From an uncultured delta proteobacterium (GTDB taxonomy: Bacteria > Myxococcota > B64-G9), in assembly GCA_963754925.1 (NCBI GenBank), contig CAVWHX010000001.1, forward strand, positions 32,001 to 96,000: 64,000 nucleotides of DNA, written 5' to 3'. A program made the position numbers and the translations under genes. Of the stretch, positions 42,793 to 54,610 are shown in pieces. Each line of letters starts with the position of its first letter. The first letter of the stretch is position 1. The notes below the pieces were generated by a model. It saw nothing but the letters and a program-made list of their open reading frames with translations, ran no database searches and had not been told where the DNA came from.

Positions 42793-43854
42793 TTACTTTT
42801 TCTTCCAATTTTCCGGTCGTAAGGAGCGGACCGCCGTGCCGGCTTGCCAGAGCTCCGAATCGCGCATGGTTTTTAATTCGGCGTCGAGCTTCTCCCGGTA
42901 GTCCGGGGCGCTGTTGGCCGCCAGGACGATACGCGTTTCTTTACCGGTGACCACCGAGCGGTAGAGTTTTTCAAATACGGGTAGTACGGCAGCGCGAAAC
43001 TTATGCCGCCAATCAAGCGCGCCGCGCTGAGCCGTCGTGCTACAGTTGGCGTACATCCAGTCCATGCCGTTTTGCCCAACCAAACGGATCAGGCTCTGCG
43101 TCAGCTCCTCAACCGTCTCATTGAAGGCTTCGCTCGGCGAGTGGCCGTTTTTACGGAGGACCTCGTACTGCGCCTCCATAATCCCCGCCAAGGCGCCCAT
43201 CAACACCCCGCGTTCGCCGGTAAGATCGCTAAAGACCTCGTTTTGGAAGGTCGTTGGAAACAAAAATCCCGAACCGATGGCGATTCCTACCGCAAGAGTA
43301 CGCTCCCGGGCGCGGCCGGTGGCGTCCTGAAAGACCGCGAAGCTGCTGTTGATGCCGCTGCCATCAAGAAAGTTCGCGCGCACGCTGGTCCCGGAACCTT
43401 TCGGCGCCACCAAAATAACGTCCACAAAATCCGGTGGAATGATCTTGGTTTGATCCTTATAAACAATCGAAAAACCGTGCGAGAAATAGAGCGCATCGCC
43501 CTTTTTCAGGCAGGGCTTGATACGTGGCCAAGTGGCCATTTGACCGGCATCGGACACAAGGTATTGAATAATAGTACCTTTCTTTGTGGCTTCCTCCAGC
43601 GAGAAGAGGGTTTTGCCCGGAACCCAACCATCGCTTATGGCTTTATCCCAACAGCGTTTGTCTTCCGGTATTTGACCAATGATGACCGTAGTGATGCCGT
43701 TGTCACGCATGTTGAGCGCTTGGGCCGGTCCCTGGACGCCGTATCCCAATACGGCGATGGTCTCTTTACTCAGTACCTCCCGTGCCTTCTCGAGAGGAAA
43801 TTCCTCTCGGGTCACCACATCTTCAATCGTACCCCCGAAATTAATCTTCGCCAT
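42793..43854 (-). CDS. ilvC: Ketol-acid reductoisomerase
   Basis: GYGVQGPAQALNMRD, SHGF, VAPKGSG, EVFSDLTGERGVLMG, CSTTAQRGA; AAGGAG RBS before ATG 43854. Confidence 0.95.
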   Translation of the reverse strand: MAKINFGGTIEDVVTREEFPLEKAREVLSKETIAVLGYGVQGPAQALNMRDNGITTVIIGQIPEDKRCWDKAISDGWVPGKTLFSLEEATKKGTIIQYLVSDAGQMATWPRIKPCLKKGDALYFSHGFSIVYKDQTKIIPPDFVDVILVAPKGSGTSVRANFLDGSGINSSFAVFQDATGRARERTLAVGIAIGSGFLFPTTFQNEVFSDLTGERGVLMGALAGIMEAQYEVLRKNGHSPSEAFNETVEELTQSLIRLVGQNGMDWMYANCSTTAQRGALDWRHKFRAAVLPVFEKLYRSVVTGKETRIVLAANSAPDYREKLDAELKTMRDSELWQAGTAVRSLRPENWKKK

Positions 43855-44095
43855 CGTAACTGCTCCTTTAAAGTTTCGAATGTACCAAGAGGCATCATGC
43901 CGTTTCCGAACTATTTTTACTATTGTGAATACGCCTGTGTCAATAGGCAAAACCCGTTTAGGTGTACGGACGGGCATGAAGCCCGGCCGTTTATGGTCCT
44001 CAGAGTTATTGACTTCCTGGCGATGGCAAGAGTAAATTTCACACCGGCATCGAGGTGCGATGAGATCCAACGTTCGGATCGGAGAGTGAAATCTC

Positions 44096-45355
44096 ATGGG
44101 AATGACCAGTACCGAAAAGATATTAGCCGCTCACTCTGGCAACGAGGCGGTAAAGCCCGGCCAGATCATTATTGCGAAAGTGGATCTTGCTCTGGCAAAC
44201 GATATCACAGCCCCATTGGCGATTGAGGCATTTCATACCATGGGCGCCACCAAGGTCTTCGATAAACAAAAAGTTGTTCTGGTGCCCGACCACTTTCAGC
44301 CGGCCAAGGATATCGATTCCGCAACCGAGTGCGCCAAGATGCGCGAGTTTGCACGAGACCAAAAAATAACGCATTTCTTCGAGATTGGCCGGATGGGAAT
44401 CGAGCATGTCCTGCTTCCGGAACAAGGCTTGGTGGCTCCGGGAGAGATTGTTATCGGAGCGGATTCGCACACCTGCACCTATGGTGCCTTAGGGGCTTTT
44501 TCGACCGGCGTCGGGTCGACCGATCTGGCGGCCGTCATGGCGTTGGGAGAGATCTGGCTCAAGGTTCCGGAAACAATTCGAATCGAATATCGCGGGGCTT
44601 TGCCGCGCTGGGTTGACGGCAAGGATTTGATTCTCCATACCATTGGTTTGTTGGGAGTGGACGGCGCCCGCTACCAGTCCTTGGAATTTGTTGGCGAGGC
44701 GATTGACGCCCTGTCTATGGACGGCCGTTTTACCATGGCGAACATGGCGATTGAAGCTGGGGCTAAAAATGGCATCTTTCAGGTAGATAAAAAAACGGAA
44801 GATTATCTGAAGGCTCGGCTTAGGCGTTCGTATCAATCGTATCGTTCGGATCCGGATGCGGTCTATGCCAAGACCATCACGATCGATGTGAGTAAGCTCG
44901 AGCCACAGGTGGCATTGCCTCATTTGCCATCCAATGTGAAGGGGGTCAGCCAGGTCGGAAAAATAGAGATCGATCAGGTTGTCATCGGTTCCTGCACCAA
45001 CGGCCGCATCGAGGATCTCAAAATAGCCGCGCAAATACTGAAAGGTAAGAAGGCTCATAGCCGGGTGCGTCTCTTAATCGTTCCCGGAAGTCAGGAAGTC
45101 TATTTAGAAGCGTTGCGACGGGGATACATCGAGACCTTCATCGAGGCCGAGGCAGCGGTGAGTACGACGACCTGCGGCCCTTGTTTGGGAGGTTACATGG
45201 GAATACTTGCGGCTGGGGAACGGGCGCTTGCCACAACCAACAGAAATTTCGTTGGTCGCATGGGACACCCCAAGAGCGAGGTCTACCTCGCCGGCCCGGC
45301 GGTTTCAGCCGCCTCGGCCATCGCCGGCCGAATTATCAGTCCGGACAAACTATAG
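44096..45355 (+). CDS. leuC: 3-isopropylmalate dehydratase large subunit (short type 2)
   Basis: [34 protein letters not shown]. Confidence 0.93.
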   Translation: MGMTSTEKILAAHSGNEAVKPGQIIIAKVDLALANDITAPLAIEAFHTMGATKVFDKQKVVLVPDHFQPAKDIDSATECAKMREFARDQKITHFFEIGRMGIEHVLLPEQGLVAPGEIVIGADSHTCTYGALGAFSTGVGSTDLAAVMALGEIWLKVPETIRIEYRGALPRWVDGKDLILHTIGLLGVDGARYQSLEFVGEAIDALSMDGRFTMANMAIEAGAKNGIFQVDKKTEDYLKARLRRSYQSYRSDPDAVYAKTITIDVSKLEPQVALPHLPSNVKGVSQVGKIEIDQVVIGSCTNGRIEDLKIAAQILKGKKAHSRVRLLIVPGSQEVYLEALRRGYIETFIEAEAAVSTTTCGPCLGGYMGILAAGERALATTNRNFVGRMGHPKSEVYLAGPAVSAASAIAGRIISPDKL

Positions 45356-45384
45356 TGTGGGACGCCAATGAATTATTTACCGTT

Positions 45385-45465
45385 GTCATCCCCGCGAAAG
45401 CGGGGATCTAAAATACGAAATTCCTGGATTGCAGCGAAGCCGCACGCCGCCTTCGCGGCAATGAC
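45385..45465. repeat. GTCAT...ATGAC palindromic repeat element (RPE/dRS3-like)
   Basis: GTCATCCCCGCGAAAGCGGGGATC ... GCCTTCGCGGCAATGAC; same family at 54611-54781. Confidence 0.75.
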
Positions 45466-45489
45466 CGGTGATAGACATGGGGTTAGACA

Positions 45490-45999
45490 ATGAAATTCGA
45501 GGGAACAGCATGGAAATTTGGGAAAAACATCGACACTGACGTCATCATTCCCGCCCGTTATCTCAAAACGACGGATCCCCAAAAGCTGGCCGCCCATGTT
45601 ATGGAAGATTTGGACCCGACGTTTGTCTCTTCAGCCAAACCAGGGGACATCATTGTGGCCGATGAGAATTTCGGCTGCGGCTCCTCCCGGGAACAGGCGC
45701 CATTGGCCATTAAGGCTGCGGGTATTTCGTGCGTGATAGCCAAGTATTTCGCGCGTATTTTCTACCGCAACGCAATCAATATCGGCCTTCCTATTCTCGA
45801 GTGCCCCGAGGCGGTGGCTGGCATCAAGAGTGGAGATCAGATAAAAGTCGACCTCAGTACCGGCGAGATCATCAACTTGAGGGGCGCAAAACGCTATCAG
45901 GCGCAGTCGTTCCCTGAATCCATTCAGAAACTTATTGAACTTGGGGGGCTTCAGCAATATGTGATCAGCAAGCTAAAGGAGCGTGCATGTTCAAAATAG
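45490..45999 (+). CDS. leuD: 3-isopropylmalate dehydratase small subunit
   Basis: [35 protein letters not shown]. Confidence 0.93.
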   Translation: MKFEGTAWKFGKNIDTDVIIPARYLKTTDPQKLAAHVMEDLDPTFVSSAKPGDIIVADENFGCGSSREQAPLAIKAAGISCVIAKYFARIFYRNAINIGLPILECPEAVAGIKSGDQIKVDLSTGEIINLRGAKRYQAQSFPESIQKLIELGGLQQYVISKLKERACSK

Positions 46000-47048
46000 G
46001 GGTTATTCCCGGAGATGGGACGGGTCCCGAGGTTGTACGTGAAGGGTTGAAGGTGCTTTCGGCAGTGGCCAAAAAGGTTGGATTGGAAGTAAAGACGGTC
46101 AATTACAATTTTGGCGGCGATAATTACCTGCGCACCAAAGAGTTGCTTCCTGAGACGGCAGTAAAAGAGCTTCGGGCACTGGACGCAATATTCCTCGGCG
46201 CCATCGGGCACCCGAAGGTTGAACCGGGGATTCTCGAAAAGGGTATTCTGCTGAATCTCCGTTTTGAGCTCGACCAGTACATCAATCTACGCCCGGTGAA
46301 GCTCTATCCCGGCGTTGCCACACCGCTTTCGGGAAAAGGCCCGGCAGAAATTGATTTTGTGGTGGTCAGGGAAAACACCGAAGGATTGTACACCGGCGCC
46401 GGTGGATTTCTGAGAAAGGGCACACCGCATGAGGTGGCGGTCCAGGAGAGCATCAATACCAGACGGGGAGCCGAGCGCTGTATTCGCTATGCTTTTGATT
46501 TCTGCCGCAAGCGGGCACGGAAGTGCAAATTGACCCTGTGCGGAAAAACCAATGTGCTTACCTATGCCTGGGATCTGTGGCAACGTACCTTCAATGAGGT
46601 GGCAAAGGAATATCCCGATATAGCCACCGATTATGCCAACGTGGACGCGATTTGCATGTGGATGGTAAAAAACCCGGAATGGTTTGATGTCATCGTTACC
46701 GATAACATGTTCGGCGACATCATTACCGATCTCGGAGCCATGATCCAAGGCGGCATGGGTATCGCGGCCGGCGGCAATATTAATCCCAACGGTGTCTCTA
46801 TGTTCGAACCAATCGGGGGATCCGCACCGAAATACACGGGTAAAAATGTTATCAACCCGCTGGCGGCTATAGCGGCGGTTCAAATGATGCTCGAAACACT
46901 TAAACAGGAACAAGCGGCGGCGCTGATCGAGCGAGCCATTGAGCGCGCCTGCGCCAAAGATATCAAATCCATGTCGGCGGGTCAGATGGGTAGGTCCACG
47001 TCGGAGGTTGGGGATCTAATTGTGAGGTATATCAACGAGAGCACGTAG
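45987..47048 (+). CDS. leuB: 3-isopropylmalate dehydrogenase
   Basis: [37 protein letters not shown]; follows leuCD. Confidence 0.93.
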   Translation: MFKIGVIPGDGTGPEVVREGLKVLSAVAKKVGLEVKTVNYNFGGDNYLRTKELLPETAVKELRALDAIFLGAIGHPKVEPGILEKGILLNLRFELDQYINLRPVKLYPGVATPLSGKGPAEIDFVVVRENTEGLYTGAGGFLRKGTPHEVAVQESINTRRGAERCIRYAFDFCRKRARKCKLTLCGKTNVLTYAWDLWQRTFNEVAKEYPDIATDYANVDAICMWMVKNPEWFDVIVTDNMFGDIITDLGAMIQGGMGIAAGGNINPNGVSMFEPIGGSAPKYTGKNVINPLAAIAAVQMMLETLKQEQAAALIERAIERACAKDIKSMSAGQMGRSTSEVGDLIVRYINEST

Positions 47049-47073
47049 GGGCGGGTTTCAAACCCGCCCCTAC
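47045..47073. repeat. GTAG-type REP palindrome
   Basis: Perfect GTAGGGGCGGGTTT-C-AAACCCGCCCCTAC overlapping the leuB stop codon. Confidence 0.75.
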
Positions 47074-47090
47074 AGGTCATCGAGCGGAAT

Positions 47091-48200
47091 ATGACTAAAA
47101 AAGAAGACATCAGGAATCAGATTGATGAGGTCGATCGGGAACTTCTTACCTTGCTCAACCGTCGCCAAGCTCTCGCAAAAGCTATCGGTGAGATCAAGGT
47201 GCAACAGGGAAAGAACGTCCTAGATTTCCAGCGTGAAGAAACTCTGATCGCCAATCTCGAGAATATTAACTCGGGTCCCCTGAGTCACGAGGCTCTCTGG
47301 GCCATCTTCCGCGAAGTCATTTCCGCCTCGCGCGAGATTCAAAAACCCCCCGTAGTGACCTTTCTCGGGCCCGAAGCGACGTTTTCCCATTTGGCTGCCA
47401 TGAAAAAATTCGGTAAATTGGCGCGCTACGCTCCTTTGAACACCATTCACGAGGTCTTTTTAGAGGTTGAAAAAGGTAAGTATAATTATGGTGTTGTGCC
47501 GGTTGAAAATTCAACCGAAGGGGCAGTGAACGATACGCTCGATCTCCTGGAGTCGACTACTTTAAAAGTGTGCGGCGAAGTGTTTCGAAGAATCTCGCTC
47601 GATCTCGCTTCTGTTTCCGGGGAGCGTAAAAATATCGAGATGATCTATTCCCTATCGCAACCCTATCGCCAATGCCAACAATGGGTTATGGCCAATTTCG
47701 CAAACGTTCCGATAATCGAAGTTGCTTCAACAGCCCAGGCGGCTCAAAAAGCCGCCCAAAACCCAAACTCGGCCGCTATCGTGAGCTCTTCGGCTGCCGC
47801 TCTCTATAAACTTAAAGTAGTGGATCACAGCATCGAGGATCAGCGGGGCAATACCACCCATTTTTTTGTTATGGGGAATGATTCACCCGGACCGACCGGC
47901 AACGATGCCACCTCTCTTATATTTGCAGTTCAAGATGCCCCCGGGGCCCTGTATAGCACCCTGCATCCTTTGCAGGAAAAATCCATCAACATGACCCGGA
48001 TTGTCTCTCGCCCGGCGAAGACCGAGGTATGGAGATATCTGTTCTTCGTGGATATCGATGGCCACCAGGAGGATCCCAAGGTTAAGAGTGTGTTGCGTAA
48101 AATGGAAAAATTAAGCAAACGGTTCAAGGTGCTGGGATCGTTCCCGCGCATGCCAGACGCGGAGAAGCTCGACGCCCCGCCGGTGCTTTCCGAAAAATAG
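47091..48200 (+). CDS. pheA: Chorismate mutase / prephenate dehydratase (P-protein)
   Basis: AroQ domain IRNQIDEVD, FLGPEATFSH, PVENSTEG, ACT domain INMTRIVSRP. Confidence 0.9.
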   Translation: MTKKEDIRNQIDEVDRELLTLLNRRQALAKAIGEIKVQQGKNVLDFQREETLIANLENINSGPLSHEALWAIFREVISASREIQKPPVVTFLGPEATFSHLAAMKKFGKLARYAPLNTIHEVFLEVEKGKYNYGVVPVENSTEGAVNDTLDLLESTTLKVCGEVFRRISLDLASVSGERKNIEMIYSLSQPYRQCQQWVMANFANVPIIEVASTAQAAQKAAQNPNSAAIVSSSAAALYKLKVVDHSIEDQRGNTTHFFVMGNDSPGPTGNDATSLIFAVQDAPGALYSTLHPLQEKSINMTRIVSRPAKTEVWRYLFFVDIDGHQEDPKVKSVLRKMEKLSKRFKVLGSFPRMPDAEKLDAPPVLSEK

Positions 48201-48218
48201 TTATCCTATTGCTTGCTT

Positions 48219-48351
48219 GTCATCTCGACCGACTGTCATTTCGAGGAGTAATGCGACGAGAAATCCAAATTAGATTTCTCCCTGCCCCTAAAGGGATAAG
48301 AGACTGTAATGCTCGCTTCCCTCGCTAACAGTCTCTAACGGTCGAAATGAC
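48219..48351. repeat. Composite palindromic repeat: GTCATTTCGAGG...GAAATGAC element with hairpin repeat copy E (48284-48338, minus) nested inside
   Basis: GTCATTTCGAGGAGTAATGCGACGAGAAATC matches 58815-58846; insert reads TTAGAGACTGTT...TTACAGTCTCTTATCCC on the minus strand. Confidence 0.75.
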
Positions 48352-48354
48352 AAA

Positions 48355-49887
48355 CTAAACCTTGTAGAGAAGATCAATATACCGGTCCAGCAAGTCGTTG
48401 ACGATACCCTGGTCGGGAAACGTCGCGGCCATCCCATACACCGGCGCCATGTTCCCTTGTTCCTCGGGGTTTGCCTTGACGTGATCCACTGCGGCCTTTA
48501 AGTCGTTTATAAAACGCGTGGCGAATCCATCGGCCGTATGTCTCAGGGTAAGGCATAGGTGTATACACGGCGGCCGGTGCAGGCCGTTGAGGCTCCATCG
48601 TTTTTTCTTCATAAAATCGAGAACGTTGTAAATATTGATAGTCTTCGATCCAAACGCGATGTCAAACAACGGTTTTCCTACAATATGCAGATCAGGTATT
48701 TCCGAAATCCCCCGTTGTATCTCATCGGCGGTTTTCATTATTTTCTCGGTTGCCTTAAGGTATCCTTCTTCACCCATGGACAGCATGGCCGCCCAGCACG
48801 CGGCGCTTAAACCCCCCGGCCGGCTACCGGCGAAGGTGGGAGAAAAGTACAGTCCGCCGGGCCAATCGGCTGTCTTATAAAACTGGTAGTGCCGTAGCGC
48901 ATAGCCCCGGTATAAAATGACCGAGGTGCCTTTCGCCGCGAATCCGTACTTATGCGTGTCCACCGAAATGGAAGTCACTCCCGGCAGCCTAAAATCAAAC
49001 GGCGGTATGTCGTACCCCAGCTTTTCGGCCCAGGGGAGGATAAAACCGCCGAGACAGGCATCGGTATGAAAGCCGATTTTTCTCTCGAGTGCGATCTCTG
49101 AAAGCTCGCGTATGGGGTCGATGGTCCCATGCGGGAAGGATGGGGCCGAACCGACCATGACGATGGTATTTCGGGTTATTGCCTTCCGCGCTTCCTTCGG
49201 ATCCGCCGTGGAATTTGAATCGACCGGTATTCGCCGTATCCTGATATTGAAATACTGGGATGCTTTGTCGAAGGCGGCATGGGCCGTGACCGGCAGCAGC
49301 ATCTCGGGTTTCGTGATGCCTTTCACATCGCGCGCCCGGTCGCGGTAGGCTTTCATGGCGAGGAGAATGCTTTCGGTGCCGCCAGATGAAACGGTGCCGC
49401 AGATTTTTTCGCTTGCCGAAACCTCGGGATTCATATCGGCACCGAGCATGTTCGCCGTCATGGATACGATTTCGGCTTCGTATTTGGTGATGCTGGGCCA
49501 GACCTCGGCGTGAAGGGGGTTGCTCTGGGAATTAAGCGCATAGACTTTATTCAGAAAATCAATATGCTCGTCGTCGCCATGATATACCGCCCCAGACACG
49601 AAACCGTCCTTCCATCTATCTTCCTCAAGTGATTTCAGCCGCGTAAGCTCCTTGAGGATGGTGTCCCGGTGAATCCCTTTTTTAGGAATCGTTGAGAATG
49701 TTGTGGATACGCCTTGATAGGGTTTCAGCGATGATTCGAGACCTTTCGCCATCGACGTGAATTCTTTGTCGATAAGGCGCTGAAGTTTCCTTCGAACCGA
49801 TGGAATCTTCCTGAGTAGTCTCAAGGCCAGGGACGCAACTCGGGGATGTGTGTTTCCGATTTTTTCTAGTAATGTTTTTGTATCCAT
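48355..49887 (-). CDS. Sphingosine-1-phosphate lyase-like PLP enzyme
   Basis: [56 protein letters not shown]. Confidence 0.88.
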   Translation of the reverse strand: MDTKTLLEKIGNTHPRVASLALRLLRKIPSVRRKLQRLIDKEFTSMAKGLESSLKPYQGVSTTFSTIPKKGIHRDTILKELTRLKSLEEDRWKDGFVSGAVYHGDDEHIDFLNKVYALNSQSNPLHAEVWPSITKYEAEIVSMTANMLGADMNPEVSASEKICGTVSSGGTESILLAMKAYRDRARDVKGITKPEMLLPVTAHAAFDKASQYFNIRIRRIPVDSNSTADPKEARKAITRNTIVMVGSAPSFPHGTIDPIRELSEIALERKIGFHTDACLGGFILPWAEKLGYDIPPFDFRLPGVTSISVDTHKYGFAAKGTSVILYRGYALRHYQFYKTADWPGGLYFSPTFAGSRPGGLSAACWAAMLSMGEEGYLKATEKIMKTADEIQRGISEIPDLHIVGKPLFDIAFGSKTINIYNVLDFMKKKRWSLNGLHRPPCIHLCLTLRHTADGFATRFINDLKAAVDHVKANPEEQGNMAPVYGMAATFPDQGIVNDLLDRYIDLLYKV

Positions 49888-49927
49888 TAAAACGTCCCCA
49901 AGACCTGAATTAAGTTTGAAGGGGATA

Positions 49928-51505
49928 TCAGTTCAGTCTCCGATATATCTTGTTGGTGCTTTTATAAATATTCAAAAATTCCCTAAACAACGTATCGTAT
50001 ACTCTGCCGTGCTCAGGATTCGGCTCGTATGTTTTTGAAATTTTTACGTTGCTTGGTATCTCGGAAAATTTCATATACCCCAGCGCGACCGATGCGAGAA
50101 AGGCGGCGCCCCGCAGGTTGGACACAATCGGATCCTGCACCTTTCGTATGTGCCGCTTGAGAACGTCGGCGTATATCTGGCACCAAACGTCTGATTTCGC
50201 GCCGCCGCCTATCATGTTGATGTGCGTCAGTCGCCGCCCGATGAATTTCTCCACGTGACCGAGCAGCCAGCGCGAATTGAAGGCGACTCCTTCAAATATC
50301 GACCTGATCAGGTGCTCTCGATTCGTCCCCAGCGATAGATTGTGAAACCCGCCTCGAATAGCGCCGTTTTCGATAGGCGCCCGCTCGCCATAGAGCCAGG
50401 GCGTGAAAATGACCCCGCCGCTTCCCGCAGGCATCCTTTCGACCATGGTATCGAACTTAGCGTAAATATCGCTCGGCGCGCTGCGCCGATTCAATTCATC
50501 GTGATGGTACAGAAGATTGTTGCAAAAGAACGCCAGACAGTTTCCCGCGTTTTCCTGCTCGGCGGCGACCACGTATCGGTCGGGCATGCCGGACGGGATT
50601 GACGCGATGTTGTGAAACATATCCGTTTTTTTATATGGCACGTGGCATATCATCCACGAAGAGGTGCCGACATAAATGTGCGCCTCGTTATCTCTTACCG
50701 CGCCCGATCCCAACGCCGCCGACTGTATATCCGGAGTGCCCGCGATGACCTTCACCGTATCGCGAAGACCAAGTTCCCGCGCGGCGTCTTTGGTCAGCGT
50801 GCCGACAATATCGGTAGGACGGACCAGATCGGGGAGTTTCTCCCGGTCAATAGTGGAATAGTTGAGGAGGCGCTGGTGGTACCGGATATTCGATAGGTCT
50901 CTGTTATCGGTTACCCAATGGAGACAGATCGAATCGTGTGAGGCCGCAAATTTCCCGGTGAGAAGAAAGTTGAGATAGTCTTTAGGCTCGAGAAATTTAT
51001 ACGCTCTTCGATACGTATCGGGCAGCTCGTTTTTGATGAACAGAATATGAGCGATGGGGTCCTTACCCGCTCGTCCCGGCACGCCGCCCGTGATAGTGAT
51101 CCAGTGTAGCGCCCTCGTTAGTCCGTAACCGGCAAACTTCACCAAGCCGTCGGTTATGCTGCCGATGTATTTCGCCCCGCGGGTATCGAGCCAGATGATG
51201 GCGTTCATCAGGTGCCTGCCGTTTTCATCCACAGCCACCGTGCCCGACCATTGTGAGGTACAGCAGACGGCTTCGATATGTTCGATGGGAACGAGCTGTT
51301 TCATAAGCAGCCTTCTCGTCGCCTTGACTATCGCCTGCCACCAGATCAACGGGTCCTGCTCGGCTCCTCCACCGGGAAGAAGTATTAAATCGTTCCTTTC
51401 GAATTCATAGCCGAGTATCTCTCCGCGTGCCGTTGCGATGGCCACCTTTGGGCCGGATGTTCCCAAGTCTATTGCAAGAATGTAGGTGTTTTCTATCTTC
51501 GGCAT
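49928..51505 (-). CDS. FGGY-family carbohydrate kinase (xylulokinase-like)
   Basis: [46 protein letters not shown]. Confidence 0.92.
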   Translation of the reverse strand: MPKIENTYILAIDLGTSGPKVAIATARGEILGYEFERNDLILLPGGGAEQDPLIWWQAIVKATRRLLMKQLVPIEHIEAVCCTSQWSGTVAVDENGRHLMNAIIWLDTRGAKYIGSITDGLVKFAGYGLTRALHWITITGGVPGRAGKDPIAHILFIKNELPDTYRRAYKFLEPKDYLNFLLTGKFAASHDSICLHWVTDNRDLSNIRYHQRLLNYSTIDREKLPDLVRPTDIVGTLTKDAARELGLRDTVKVIAGTPDIQSAALGSGAVRDNEAHIYVGTSSWMICHVPYKKTDMFHNIASIPSGMPDRYVVAAEQENAGNCLAFFCNNLLYHHDELNRRSAPSDIYAKFDTMVERMPAGSGGVIFTPWLYGERAPIENGAIRGGFHNLSLGTNREHLIRSIFEGVAFNSRWLLGHVEKFIGRRLTHINMIGGGAKSDVWCQIYADVLKRHIRKVQDPIVSNLRGAAFLASVALGYMKFSEIPSNVKISKTYEPNPEHGRVYDTLFREFLNIYKSTNKIYRRLN

Positions 51506-51593
51506 GGCGCACCTATTCAACTCGCAACCCAATATAAAGTCCAGCTTGACGTTGGACCCAGACGACTTACTCTTAATAGGTTCCACATAAATA

Positions 51594-51646
51594 GGACTTG
51601 ACTTATCCTGAGTTATTCAATAAAAGGGACTTAATTTATCCTGAGT
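51594..51646 (+). promoter_or_regulatory. Tandem 20-bp operator-like repeat upstream of the cytochrome cluster
   Basis: GGACTTGACTTATCCTGAGT (51594-51613) and GGACTTAATTTATCCTGAGT (51627-51646), 33 bp apart. Confidence 0.65.
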
Positions 51647-51691
51647 CGTTGGGAGTGATATGTTTTCTTTAAAACGTGGGGAGTAAAACCT

Positions 51692-54556
51692 ATGCGTAAC
51701 CAATTGGTTAACAGAGGCGTGGGCTATTCATTAACTTCTTTCGCGGTTTTGACTGCGCTCGTAGCGTTTCCGGCATGTGAAGGAAATACCGGGAAGGCGG
51801 GATCGTCCTGTACGGTAACGACGGTCGGCACGGTTAAAACCATAAGTTGCACTGACGGCACATCGGTCACGATTACCGATGGCACGAATGCGGCGGATAC
51901 CGGCACGGTTTCCGGTACCGTCACGGGCAACATCGGCGGTGCGGCGGCCCGGGTGACGGTTAAAACGACCCCGGATGTTGGCCAAACGACGACCACGAAT
52001 GCCCAGGGCAATTTCACGTTGACGCTCCCCATTGGCACCTATGTGATCAATCTCTCGAGCAGCAACTACCAGCCAATGGGACTTCCGGCGTTTTCGGTGA
52101 CGGGCGGCTCAACCATCACCGTCACGGCTACCCTGACCGCCATCAATCCGATCGTCCTGAAAGCTCCGGTCGCCACGGCGCCCGCCGGATTCGGCGCGTC
52201 GGCGCAACTCGATGTCACGGTGACCGGCGGCACCGCACCGTACACCTACAGTTGGGTTGCCGAGACCACCAACCCGACCGCGGTGAGTCTTTCGGATTCT
52301 TCCATCCAGAACCCGACCTTTACTACCGGTACTCTCGCCGATGTGTTGGCAGCGCTGGTTGCAAAAGGTACGGTGGTGGGAATCAGCGGGCTTACGCGCA
52401 AGGGCTTTGTTCCCATCAGCGCCCAACAATTGGTTCAGATGAGCTATAATTTCAACGTCACGGTCACCGACGCCGTAGGTTTCAGCAATACGGTTACCGT
52501 GACCATTCCTCCCGCGACCTTGGCTCAGGGCAACACCATCGTCCCGCGAAACCAAATCGTGATTCTCAATCTGCCCAATAACACCGATATCCTTACGCTC
52601 ACGACGCCCGACGGCTCGGCAGCAACGCTCCACGAGATCTTGACGCCTAACCCATGGTTCATCCCCGATGTGATAGGCATGTACACGGTTGCCGGCTTAA
52701 CCGTGAATGTATCTGATTTCATCAGCACGCAACCAGACTGCGGCCAATGCCACAACCAAGTCATCGCACCCATCGTTGCCGCTATTTTTGTGGATTGGAC
52801 AAACTCGGCGCATGCCAACCACTTCTTCAATTTCATGCAGTATGATACTAACGGTAACCTCGTATGGGATACCGATTCTTCCAGCAACCCCATCCCCGCG
52901 CCAACCGGCGATCCTACCATTTTCTGGACTAGTCCGGGAGCGATGCCGCTCTTCGAGTTTGGGATGACGGGCGGGGAGGGTTCTCATTACAGCTCGAGTT
53001 GCATCGCCTGCCACACTACCGGCTATAATGCCTTGGCGGTCAACGGCGGCTTTGATGATGTTGCCGCCGCCGACGGCTGGGTATTTCCTAATCTCCAAAC
53101 AACTTTTGGCGGCACGGCCGTAACCAAGGCGCCGGTGTTCACCGCCTGGAATGCGATTCCGGCCGATCTTAAGAAATACCAAGGTGTCCAGTGCGAAAGT
53201 TGCCATGGTCCTTTTGGAAACCACGCAGGCGCCGCGAATGGGGCTTTTCCCCAACCGCCGGTTGGGGAATATGATGTCGGGACGTGCGCGGTATGTCATG
53301 ACAAACCCCCTACCCATGACATCGTTTCCCTGTGGAGACAATCCGACCATGCAAGCCTTGATCTCGCTCAGGAAGAGGGTACGGTCGAGGCTAACGGAAC
53401 CAGCACGAGCTGCTACCGATGCCATGCGGCCCAAGGATTTGTTGAGTATCTCAAAAACAAAGACGCTGACCCCAGCCAAATCGTCCGTCCTGCCGGCCTG
53501 CTTCCCGCGGCGGCAACCTGCACGCCCAATCCGGTGCCGCCCGCTACCATCGACCCCAACTGCCCCTGCACACCGAAGGCGCCGGCCACCACCTGCACGG
53601 GTGATCCGGCCTTTTATGCATACTTGAACAATCTTGGTCTCAATAACGCTCAGGTGGAACCCCAGACCTGTGCCGCTTGCCACAATGCGCACCTCACCGA
53701 AATACGTATCGACGGCAACACCGGGCCGCTTGCCAATGGAGCCCAAATGAACGGCGCCGGCGCCGGCGCGCTCTGTATGGTCTGCCACAATACCCGTAAC
53801 GGCGCCCGCGGCGACTTTGTCACCGGTCTCACCTCGATCGGCGGCCCCCATGCCCCGGTTCAGACCGACCTCTTTCTCGGGGTTAACGCGTACTTTATGG
53901 GCGCCGGCGGCAATTTATCCAAGCACGCGGCGGTCAAGGAAACCTGCTTCGGCTGCCATATGGCCCTGGCCCCGGATTCAATCAAGGTGGCGAACACCAA
54001 CCACACCTTTATAGCGGATGGAACCATATGCAAGAACTGCCACTCCGACAATGTGGACCTCGACGGTTTGGAGGGGCAATTTTTGGTTTACCGGGGCAAT
54101 CTGGAGAAAGCGTTAGCCACAGCCTTTACCGCAGCGGTCGGCGGCGCAACCCCGAACTACTACGTCCTTGTGCCGAACCCGAACGGTGACGGCACGCTAG
54201 CGCTGGATCAGCTGACGGTTGGTCCGACCAGCATTGTTCCTTCGGGGCGCACGGTCAACTTGGCAATGACTTTTGCGACAGCGGTTTCCGATGGATACGG
54301 CAATAATGTCACGACCCTCACCGTCAACTACCAATCGGTGAGTCTCTCTAACGCACTCAATAGCGGCAACCAATCGTTCGTAACGCCGCTCATCTCCAAG
54401 ATCGGTCTGCTCGCCAAGGCCAACTGGAACTACTGGTTGGTAAGTTCCGTTACCGAAAACCCTGCCGCCAACGTGATCCACAACCCGAGCTTTGTATTCA
54501 ATGTCCTTTCGGCAACGACGACCAATCTGCTCGCCTCCAATGGCGCGGGTCTCTAG
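51692..54556 (+). CDS. Nonaheme c-type cytochrome lipoprotein with N-terminal Ig-like/carboxypeptidase-regulatory-like domains
   Basis: Lipobox FPAC; 9 CxxCH motifs (CGQCH, CIACH, CESCH, CAVCH, CYRCH, CAACH, CMVCH, CFGCH, CKNCH). Confidence 0.92.
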   Translation: MRNQLVNRGVGYSLTSFAVLTALVAFPACEGNTGKAGSSCTVTTVGTVKTISCTDGTSVTITDGTNAADTGTVSGTVTGNIGGAAARVTVKTTPDVGQTTTTNAQGNFTLTLPIGTYVINLSSSNYQPMGLPAFSVTGGSTITVTATLTAINPIVLKAPVATAPAGFGASAQLDVTVTGGTAPYTYSWVAETTNPTAVSLSDSSIQNPTFTTGTLADVLAALVAKGTVVGISGLTRKGFVPISAQQLVQMSYNFNVTVTDAVGFSNTVTVTIPPATLAQGNTIVPRNQIVILNLPNNTDILTLTTPDGSAATLHEILTPNPWFIPDVIGMYTVAGLTVNVSDFISTQPDCGQCHNQVIAPIVAAIFVDWTNSAHANHFFNFMQYDTNGNLVWDTDSSSNPIPAPTGDPTIFWTSPGAMPLFEFGMTGGEGSHYSSSCIACHTTGYNALAVNGGFDDVAAADGWVFPNLQTTFGGTAVTKAPVFTAWNAIPADLKKYQGVQCESCHGPFGNHAGAANGAFPQPPVGEYDVGTCAVCHDKPPTHDIVSLWRQSDHASLDLAQEEGTVEANGTSTSCYRCHAAQGFVEYLKNKDADPSQIVRPAGLLPAAATCTPNPVPPATIDPNCPCTPKAPATTCTGDPAFYAYLNNLGLNNAQVEPQTCAACHNAHLTEIRIDGNTGPLANGAQMNGAGAGALCMVCHNTRNGARGDFVTGLTSIGGPHAPVQTDLFLGVNAYFMGAGGNLSKHAAVKETCFGCHMALAPDSIKVANTNHTFIADGTICKNCHSDNVDLDGLEGQFLVYRGNLEKALATAFTAAVGGATPNYYVLVPNPNGDGTLALDQLTVGPTSIVPSGRTVNLAMTFATAVSDGYGNNVTTLTVNYQSVSLSNALNSGNQSFVTPLISKIGLLAKANWNYWLVSSVTENPAANVIHNPSFVFNVLSATTTNLLASNGAGL

Positions 54557-54610
54557 TTCGTGCGCGACGAAGCGGGCCGCTATGTCGAGGCTTGTCAGAG
54601 TCATTTATTA

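Noticed and set aside
43855..44097. N-terminal extension of IlvC to 44097, or a leu leader peptide
   Set aside because: A good RBS and family-like start lie at 43854; no Leu-rich peptide or terminator precedes leuC
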